Positions 55,146 through 64,000 of a stretch of DNA of 64,000 bases are shown in pieces (positions within the stretch are counted from its first letter, which is position 1; the number at the start of each line of letters is the position of its first letter). The DNA comes from Callorhinchus milii (lineage: Eukaryota): contig NW_024704743.1 in the NCBI RefSeq assembly GCF_018977255.1, positions 63,676,001 to 63,740,000 on the forward strand. Direction: 5' to 3'. The notes under the pieces were generated by a model. That model was given only the letters and a program-made list of their open reading frames with translations. It searched no databases and was not told the origin of the DNA. Made by a program: the position numbers and the translations under genes.

Positions 55146-55505
55146 CCCAGCCCCCCTCAGCTCCCAGCCCCCCTCAGCTCCCAGCCCCCCTCAGCTCCCG
55201 GCCCCCCTCAGCTCCCAGCCCCCCCTCAGCTCCCGGCCCCCCTCAGCTCCCGGCCCCCCTCAGCTCCCAGCCCCCTCAGCTCCCGCCCCCCTCAGCTCCC
55301 CCCCCTCAGCTCCCGCCCCCCTCAGCTCCCAGCCCCCCCTCAGCTCCCCAGCCCCCCCTCAGCTCCCCAGCCCCCCCTCAGCTCCCAGGCCCCCTCAGCT
55401 CCCAGGCCCCCTCAGCTCCCAGGCCCCCTCAGCTCCCCCCCCAGCTCCCCCCTCAGCTCCCAGGCCCCCTCAGCTCCCAGGCCCCCTCAGCTCCCAGGCC
55501 CCAGC
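55146..55505. repeat. C-rich minisatellite (CCCCCTCAGCTCCCAG)n inside an L2 3'UTR
   Basis: Direct reading; lies between the L2 ORF-end sequence (CTCTGGAACTCC...CTTCGACCGTGC) and an L2-type tail. Confidence 0.93.
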
Positions 55506-56084
55506 CAGTACTGTAAAGTGCTTTGCACATCCTCCCAAAGTGAAAACCTCTTTATAAATGCAAAATGTCAAGAATTCCCAGATCAACTTGACTCCATTAT
55601 GCTGAGACAGTCAAGATAACTGCAGCATTTAAAATGAATGACAATCTGTAAAACTGGTTGTAGGGATTTTAACTATTGCTTGGAATTGTAGCTTTTGGAC
55701 TATATTGCTCAACTCGCTAATACCAGCAGAAGTACAATCTGACACACAACAACTTGCATTTATAAAGTGCCCTTACACGAGAAGCATCTCGGAGTGTTTA
55801 AATAACATACAAAGTTATTGCACCCAAAAATATACAGTCAATTCACTTTACAGTCTATTCTGTGAAGCGCTTTGAGACGTCTAGAAGACGTGAAAAGCGC
55901 TATATCAAATGCAAGGATTATTATTATTAGATATTGAGCAAATAATTAAGGTCATAAAGCAGCAATTCTAGTTTTAACACTTTTAACACTTGGAGAAGGA
56001 AAAGGCAGTGGGCTGGGGGGAGATAGAGACTCTTTATAATACATTAATGAGCCAGACAAACTCCAGAATGATTATAGTTATAGA

Positions 56085-57600
56085 TATTGGATGAATGGTT
56101 TCTTTGGAGCTGAGCTGGCTTAAAGGTGACATACTTGCTAATGAATGTCAGAATTGAGCCAACCCTCTGTGGCAGTCTCAGCAGTCTGATTCCTAGTCAA
56201 ACAGGTCTGCAGTACTCCAAGGCACCGCTGATGACACACCAGCCAGCGTATCAGGACAGGAACTGGAGGGGCAGGCAGTCACGGGAACAGGGATTCTTCC
56301 CATTTGGTTCCTGTTAACCGTGCAAGCCAATGTCCTATCAGATAGGGTGCTCCCAGCTCGATAAGTGGTGACCTGATTACCAAAAAGTTGGTCATTTTTA
56401 TTCTGGGAAGCCAGCAGGCTTTATGTGCGTATTTGCTGTGAATGGACCTGGAATCCAAGTTCATGAACATGCATTGGTACATCCAGCGCCTGGAATCCAC
56501 CTTGATTGGCTTGCAGAAAGGTAAGCAGCTGCTACTTAAGCTCCTTACCTCCAACTGGTGGAATCATTGCTCAATGGGAAGGGATATGTGTCCGAGCTGC
56601 GGACAGGAAGATGGTTGCAATGCTCTTGTGCTTTTCATGCTGAGCTGTGTTGCCCACAAGAAAGCTTGGAAGGAGTTGCTGCTACCTACTATCCACCCGG
56701 TGATGTCAAATGACCAGCTAGTGACTGTTCTGCTGGTGCGGTGGGGGGTAAACAGGGTCTCCTTGGAGCTGAACTGGTTCCCAGGTGACATGTTCGGCAA
56801 CAAATAATAATAATCCTTGCATTTGACATAGCGCTTTTCACGTCGGGAGGTCGTCCCAAAGCGCTTCACAGAACACACTGTAAACAACAACAACAACAAG
56901 ATTCCATTTATAAAGCGCCTTTCACGTCAGGAGGACGTCCCAAGGCGCTGCACAGTTGGGTCATGACCCGAGCAGGGGGGAAATGGTCAGGGTGAGGGGA
57001 GGGAAGGGAGGGAGCGAGGAGCGGGGAAATGGTCAGGGTGAGGGGAGGGAAGGGAGGGAGCGAGGAGGGGGAAGAGAGTCGAGAGGGGAGCTGAAGGCAC
57101 GGTCAAAGAGAAAGGTCTTGAGACCGGCCTTGAAGGAGGAAAGGGAGGAAGCGGCGAAGGCACTGGGGGATGGAGTTCCTGTATTTGTGGGTGAACGCAG
57201 CAGCCAATTGCGCACAGCAATGTCTCACAAACAGTCGTAGATTGGAAATGACCAATTTATTATTGTTTTTGGTTTTGGAGGGATTATTATTAGGCGTGTG
57301 GAGTAAGGAAACTTGCCCGGAATTGAACTCAGGTCTCTCGCTTGCAAAGCGAGTGCTCTAACCACTAAGCTACAGGACTCCACAATGTCAGAATCGACCC
57401 CACCGTCTCAGTCGGCCAATTCCTGAGCCAGGTGAGTCCAGTTTTCCAGAGCAATGCTGAACGCTGATGACAGCATAGCCAGCTTGGCTAGTTGGCAGGG
57501 CTTGGAAAGGCAGACCAGTCACTGAGGGAAGGTACGCTTCCCACTCAGCACCTGTTAACCCTGCAAGCCATAACCCTAACGGGTGGAGTGGTCCTAGCTG
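56085..57600 (+). mobile_element. Unclassified interspersed repeat, probably the 3' end of a non-LTR retroelement with a CCHC-like motif (two tandem pieces, the second split by SINE/L2)
   Basis: Shared sequence TTGGAGCTGA[A/G]CTGG...GTCAGAAT...GCTGATGACA...GGGCAG[A/G]CAGTCAC with copies at about 16090-16330 (+) and 59170-59580 (-). The ORF-end piece is also at about 13965-14165 (-). Confidence 0.65.
56803..57383 (-). mobile_element. tRNA-derived SINE split by an inserted L2 3' end (about 56884-57180)
   Basis: SINE tail at 56803-56883, then a (CAA)n-tailed L2 3' end, then the SINE core and head resume at about 57181. Confidence 0.85.
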
Positions 57601-59960
57601 GACAAGTAGCTAACCAGACAGTGCTATCAATAGCAAGCTATGTGGTTTTAGCTGCTTAGACCCCAATACACAATCTGGGGTCACCAAGCCTGGACTCTTG
57701 CCAACCTGCGTCTTAGACTTTCCAAATTAAGTAAGCAGGATGCGTCCTTCCAGGGAAAGAGTGCTCACCCCATTCCAACAATCTATCTCTGGAATTTCCA
57801 TTCAGAGGTGGGATGCATGGAATTCTCATGCATCCCCCCAAAAATTGTAGAAGCACTGATCAGCAATTATACTTCATTATCATGCCCGCAGATTGGGCTG
57901 TTATAGAGGCCACCCCACCCCAACCATTACCATCTTATAACAGAGCTCTACTGTATGTAATAACAATGCCGATTTTACAGTGACTAATCCAGCCTCCACA
58001 TTTTGCATGTTGTCGCCAAATGTTTGATGAGACTGATGTTCTATCATAGAAAAACAAAATGCGTTTTGCCAATAGCATATAAGAAAGTGATCATCTTAAT
58101 GCAAGAAGGGTTACTTGCAGTGCTGAAGTTGTAAATGGTTAATTAGAAAGGATACCAGATAATTATTGCATAGTTTAAGTTTAATCCCTATTACTGGAAA
58201 ATATTTTATAAATTCTCCTTCACTGAAATGGTTTAGCTCAATACCACAGGTGTATTTTATACATCTGCAGAGATCTAAGTACGAACAAGCTTTTTACGGC
58301 TCACTGCTCTCATTTTGTATTGGATAATCAAAATCTAATTAGAACTGAACTTTTTGTGATTCAAAATATGATCCCATTTGTGCAATCCTCAGCCTTGGGG
58401 ATTCCATGTGCTAAAAAAAAAAACAATGGTTTCTCATCTTCTTAATACTCTGAAATTCAGCACTAGATTATTGTGATACCATTAAATTATTGAAATCATT
58501 ATTCCTGATCCATTAAGTAAAACATAAAAATGTTGCAATGTGAACACAATATAAAGACAATAATAAAGAGTGAAGACAGAAAATGCAAGATACTTTGTAT
58601 TGGAAGTAATATTAGGAGGCTCACGTAGAACTATGAATGGGATAGAATTTGCCAAGGGAAAGGGGCAGGGAGATATTAAAAGTTGCTGGTTAACTTGCCC
58701 ACACTATTTCCAAGTAGATGAGATAAGTGTAAACAAGACAAGCAGGAGAATCAGCTACATTTCCACATTCTGCCGGATATGACACATAAAGAAACTCATC
58801 ACCATGCTTAAGAGTATCCAAACTAGACTTCTACTTGGAACTATAATCCTACTATTTGAAACAAGAAAGGAGTTTCTTAGTATCCTGGCCACTAACATTG
58901 AGATTTTTTTTAAAGAGGTCAAATTCCACTTACGCATGGAAATGGAATGCGGAACTGCCTGGAGAGACGCACCCTGCTTACTTAATTATTGAGAATATTA
59001 GGGGCAGGTTGGCAAGACCCAAGGCTTGGAGACCCCAGAGTGTGTTGCTGGAATTTAACTAGGTAAAAGTTGCATAGTTTGCTATTGAGAACACTCCCTG
59101 GGAAGCTTCCCATTGCTTGTTCAACTGGAAACTCTATTAGTATTTTGCCTTGTGGGAGGTAAACAGGAGCCGAGTGGGAAAAAATCCCTGCGCCCAGTGA
59201 CTGATCTGCCTATCCAAGCCTTGCCAATGAACCACGCTGACCAGTTTATTGGCAAAATGTCAATTTCTGTCATCAGCTGTACACTAGAGTACTTCAGACC
59301 TGCTTGGATCAGGAACCAGATTACTGAGTCTGCTACAGTGAGTTGACCCTATTCTGATATACCGTGGCCAAGCACATCATTTTGGAGCCAACTACATACA
59401 AGGAGACCCCACTTAGTCTTTGCTTCCCTCCCACAACGTTGTATTTATGGGTGAATAGGATAATCACTAGTTGGTCATTTGACATTTGACCCCTCACTTG
59501 ATGAGCACATCTCAGCATTAAATGCATGAGAACATTGCCTACATTCTCTTTCCCAAATCTCGGACACATCAAAATTCAACCCCCAAATGTCATGCTAAGA
59601 TGCGCTATTAGGCTGCATTTGAAGGACTAAATACAGTTCTGGTAATTGCACCATAGGGGGACTGCCAAGACCACAGATCCAGAAGAGAGGAGGATATGCA
59701 AACACAAGATAGAAACAGAATGTGAGAAATAGCATTAGGGATCATTGATAATCCAAGGCTCTGCAGCTATGAAAAGGCACCTCTCCAGTGTACTCACTCT
59801 CTTAAATGCATCCAGCATCGTGGTCTCAAGGCACATTTTCTGGTAATCTGTTCTTCGTGTTAATTAATCCCTTTCTAAATAAATATTTCCTGCTGTCTAT
59901 CCTGAAATTGCTTTTCATAGTCCCAAACCTGTGCCCTCTTATTTCGCTGTTTTGTTGTAT

Positions 59961-60284
59961 ATAATAATAATAATCTTGCATTTGATATAGCGCTTTTCAC
60001 ATCGGGAGGATGTCCCAAAAGCGCTTCACAGAATATACTGTAAAGTGAATTGACTGTATATTTGTGGGCGAACGCGGCAGCCAATTGCGCACAGCAATGT
60101 CTCACAAACAGTCGTAGATTGAAAATGACCAATTTATTATTGTTTTGGGTTTTTTGGAAGGATTATTATTAGGCTCTGTGTGGAGTAAGGAAACTTGCCC
60201 AAGGTTTCGCCCTCTGCCTGGAATTGAACTCAGGTCTCTCACTTGCAAAGCGAGTGCTCTAACCACTGAGCTACAGGACTCCAC
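59961..60284 (-). mobile_element. tRNA-derived SINE (short, young subfamily)
   Basis: Full head, core and tail structure. Confidence 0.9.
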
Positions 60285-60663
60285 AATATCAAGTTTTCTA
60301 GGTTTATTATTGCAATCCCATTTAATTAATAAAAGGCAAAAATCAATTTTCATTATTGTAATCATTACTTCATATATTTAGATATTGGTTCCTGGTTATC
60401 CTGAACAAAAGATCTAATTGTATTTCTGAAACATCTTCAAATTATGCAGAAATCCACTAAAATAGTTCAACTCATTTTATCTGTGTCACGTTGAGTACTC
60501 TATCAAATCCTACTCAACCTGCTTAAATCCTCAAAAAGGTTGCAAGATATCTCATTATGATAAGAATGTGTTTGATTGAAGAATAAAATATAGTAACCTT
60601 AATACCATATATTTTTGCTTTTACAAACCATAAATGAGAAAACGTTTTACTAACGACTCCTAC

Positions 60664-60792
60664 CTCTAAATTTGTCAGCATCATTTCTCGGAACACATAG
60701 GCAATGCCATAGTTTTCGGTATGACACGTGACCTGAAAGTTGCCATACTTGCATACGTCTTGTAGATCAGGCCAGTACTGGTGACATTTTAC
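60664..60792 (-). CDS. PTPN3: PTPN3 coding exon (VKCHQYWPDLQDVCKYGNFQVTCHTENYGIAYVFREMMLTNLE)
   Basis: KCxxYWP motif; TAG acceptor and GTAGGA donor; 129 nt in frame. Confidence 0.93.
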
Positions 60793-62788
60793 CTATCATA
60801 AAAAAGTAAGCCAAAGTACAAAGTCATTCAAAATGAGGTGAGAAATCTCACATCTTTCCACAGATAGCATTCCCTGCCCTTCAACTAAGTAACAACAACA
60901 ACAAGATAACATTTGTATAGTGCCTTTCACATCGGGAGGACGTCCCAAGGCGCTGGACAGTGTACAGCATTTCAGACCCGAGCTGGGGTCAGGGAGGGAG
61001 AAGGGAGGCGAGGGGAAGGGGGGTGACCGATGGCATGGTCGAAGAGAAGGGTTTTGAGGCGGGACGTGAAGGGGGCTAAGGAGGGGATGAAGCGGAGTGA
61101 TTGGGGGATGGAATTCCAGAGGGTGAGGCCAGAGTGGCTAAAGGCTCTCACACCAATGGTCGGTCGGTCTGTCTGTCCGTCCCTTGAACTATTTAGCTCA
61201 GTTTACATCTACCCCATCATAGTCAATGCTGTTCACCAGTAGGTATTTATACATTTACTTTTTGAGATAATGAAAATAGCACTATTGCTGTTCTGAGCCT
61301 GTTCCACATATCTGTGGGAAGAACAATTTTCTAATTTCTAATCAGAATTGAGGTTTGTTGAGATTAAACCTGGGTCCTCCAGTTTTATTCTCTCAGTCCA
61401 GCATACTATGAATCATTGTGTGTAGCATCATTGTAATACTGTGATATACAAAATACAGGATATCCAAAACAGTGGATCTGCAAATAGTTAATTCCCTATT
61501 CTGAGCTTTATCCTTTTATGATCACCTTCTACTTGCTGATGTCAGGCACATGTATTCCTGTTTCATCAAATGCTATTTTTCCATTTCTTGGAGTTTGAAC
61601 CTCCCTGAGGACTCACATGCAGAACTTTTATCAAACGTTCTCTAAACATTTGAGTAAATGCCAGATCAGTTACCCACTTAAAGAATTCCAGTAGATTTTT
61701 GCGGCATGACCTGTTGCTTAAAAATCCATGTTGACTATACCTTATGGACTGTGTTCTTTAAAGCATATTCTTTGGATCCTGTATAATGGTTCAAGCATTT
61801 ACTCACTGCAGATGTAAAGATAACTAATCGAGTTATTCATAGGCACATGTCTTATTCCTTTTTAACCAACAGTTAAATACTTGCATTTGCTAATCAACAA
61901 TTAATAACACTTGCTCGTCTCTGATCCTGAATAAACGCCTCCAGTGTTCGCGGAGTTCCTAAAAATAGGAACCAGACTATTGCACTACTTCTTCATATTA
62001 TGTTATGATGTGCATAATGAAAGAGATGCACTGTAATCACAAGGAATTATTTTCTTGATTAGCCTGTTTAAAACTGCTTAGCCACAATTTCCATGAAGAT
62101 GGCCAATAATAGTACGGTCAGCAAACTCAGAACAATTTGCAGAAGGTAGGTGAAATCATTAGCTTTATACTGAATGCAATTTCACTCTAGTTACAATGGG
62201 CTAAAGACAAATACTGAACCTGGTTTTAATGTATTGTCCTAACTGCTAATAATAGCCCTGTTTGTGAGGTGGAATCCTACACAATATGAAATAATACAGA
62301 ACACATTTCCAACAGTGCCTTGAGATATCCTTCCCACATGAATCACGCTAAATAAATACAATTTGCTGTTATTTTCAACAAAACTATTTTAAAAATATGT
62401 ATTTATAAAGTATTTTTAATTAATATTTAGTGATCCAACTGACTCCATTATATGATTACAAATCAAAGTAATGTAAAATGTAAATCTGTACCATGGTCTG
62501 ACAGTCTAATACAATATTTAAATTAAATTTGTATGAATAAACTTTTAAAAAGTTCAAGCTTCATTTTCTTTAGAATGAAATACTTGATTTAGAATGAATC
62601 ATTATTTCTTAGCAGCTCTCATAGAATAGGTAGAATACTAATGACTTACAACTCAGTAAAGAACTCTGAGTTATCCTGAAAGTCCTTCACTTTGATTATT
62701 GTCTCATCAGAATAACATTGTTATTTTATGTGATCAATAAAGTCCCAAAAAGGAGCAATATTTCTTAATAGAAACAGAATACACTTAC

Positions 62789-62935
62789 GCGCCCTCGTTC
62801 TGTCAGTGTTGTTAACATTACAACAAGAGAAGATTGCTGATTCCAGATTGTCTGCCAAAAATATGGGCAGGTATGAGGAAGTGGACCTTGGCATGCTATG
62901 TACCTATTTAGAATACTTGTACCAGAGACTTCCAT
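62789..62935 (-). CDS. PTPN3: PTPN3 coding exon ([49 protein letters not shown])
   Basis: YIAxQGP and FW motifs; TTLTERGR is PTPN3-like rather than PTPN4-like (recalled TTQVERGR); CAG acceptor and GTAAGT donor; 147 nt. Confidence 0.94.
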
Positions 62936-63087
62936 CTGCAAAGATAAAAACATTTTTTTTACATAGAAATATGTACTAGTACTCTATACTCTTCATTACA
63001 CAAAATTGAAATAATGTTAACTGATAATTTTTAATTTGGACAAAACAAAATGAATAATTATTAGATCAAAAAAGCTTCAAAACCTAC

Positions 63088-63149
63088 ATTTACATAATTT
63101 GCATTGATGTAATCTTCTGATCCATCTAGGACGACTCTTGTTACATCAT
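63088..63149 (-). CDS. PTPN3: PTPN3 coding exon (PTP domain: (Y)DVTRVVLDGSEDYINANYVN)
   Basis: DYINA PTP motif; AG acceptor after a pyrimidine tract; GTAGGT donor; 62 nt, ending in phase 0. Confidence 0.92.
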
Positions 63150-64000
63150 CTTTATAAAAGAAAATAAATTACAGGCAATATTTCCAAAGAACAAAACAGT
63201 TGTCACTTCTCGTTTTCTTTGACAAAGTTTAATACATTTCAATATTAGTTTGGAGGGATTGTTTTAGATTAAAATAAATTACATAGATTAACTTTTACAA
63301 CAAGATGGAATTAGTGGTAAATATGTCAATACACAGATATAGAGCACTTACATGGCAATACATCTTTATAACGGTTTTTGTCCATGTTTTGTGGTAACTT
63401 TGCACAGGTAATTGCCATTCCAGGTTTTTTCCTGTATAGTTGCTACAAAATTAAATAAAGGGTTAGCATTTAAATTAGCCCAGGAATCGTTTCTCCAGCA
63501 AGTTAAAATCTTAAATATAAAAAAAACACACTTTATATATTTAATCTTATCATACCAATGAACACCAAGGTAGCAGATGGTGACTAGGGGATCCAAAAGA
63601 GAATTTAGGAGGAACTACTTCATGCAGATGGTAATGAGATTGTGAAACTCACTGCCTGAAGCGGCTGGTTGAATCAGATATCGTAGATGCATTCAAGAGG
63701 AAGCTAGACCTTCACATGAGGGAGAGGAGAATAGAAGGAAATGGGAGGGAGTAAGGAATGAGTTAAGACTCGAGTGGAGTATAAACACTGGCAAGGACTG
63801 GTTGGACTGAGTGGCCCGTTTCCATGCTGTAAATTCTCTGTACATCCAAATGCAGGGAAAGATTTGATCACGTTGCCCCTAACAGAACTTTATGAATTCT
63901 AGAACCACATTACGTTTCCTACACCTGGTGTGTATAACCACACCTTAGTTCTTTGTCTCCCACTGTCAGGAATTTTTTTTGACCTTTTTAAAAAAATCTG

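Noticed and set aside
48600..63149. Assignment as PTPN4 (with EPB41L5)
   Set aside because: [28 protein letters not shown] and the [18 protein letters not shown]-terminus fit PTPN3 and EPB41L4B better.

Overview
Vertebrate genomic DNA, most likely a cartilaginous fish. This is inferred from the repeat content (Deu-domain tRNA SINEs, HER1/CR1-like tails, abundant L2, a Penelope-like element), and the species is not identifiable from sequence alone. Two minus-strand genes lie in tandem. The last six coding exons of PTPN3 (catalytic PTP domain, 63149 down to the stop at 48600) are followed by a probable multi-kb 3'UTR. The first coding exon of EPB41L4B (9627-9920) sits in a CpG island carrying clustered NRF1-type motifs. 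The rest is mostly decayed retrotransposons. Most long ORFs in the supplied track are artefacts of four GC-rich minisatellites or of LINE remnants. I found no clearly novel biological system. The best leads are an AGCT-rich switch-region-like pentamer array, a recent 360-bp inverted duplication, L2 3' ends seeding minisatellites, a templated 31-bp insertion, a SINE/L2 pair sharing a 3' tail, and an unclassified retroelement family with a CCHC-like motif. Comparisons to human proteins and repeat families are from memory, not database searches.
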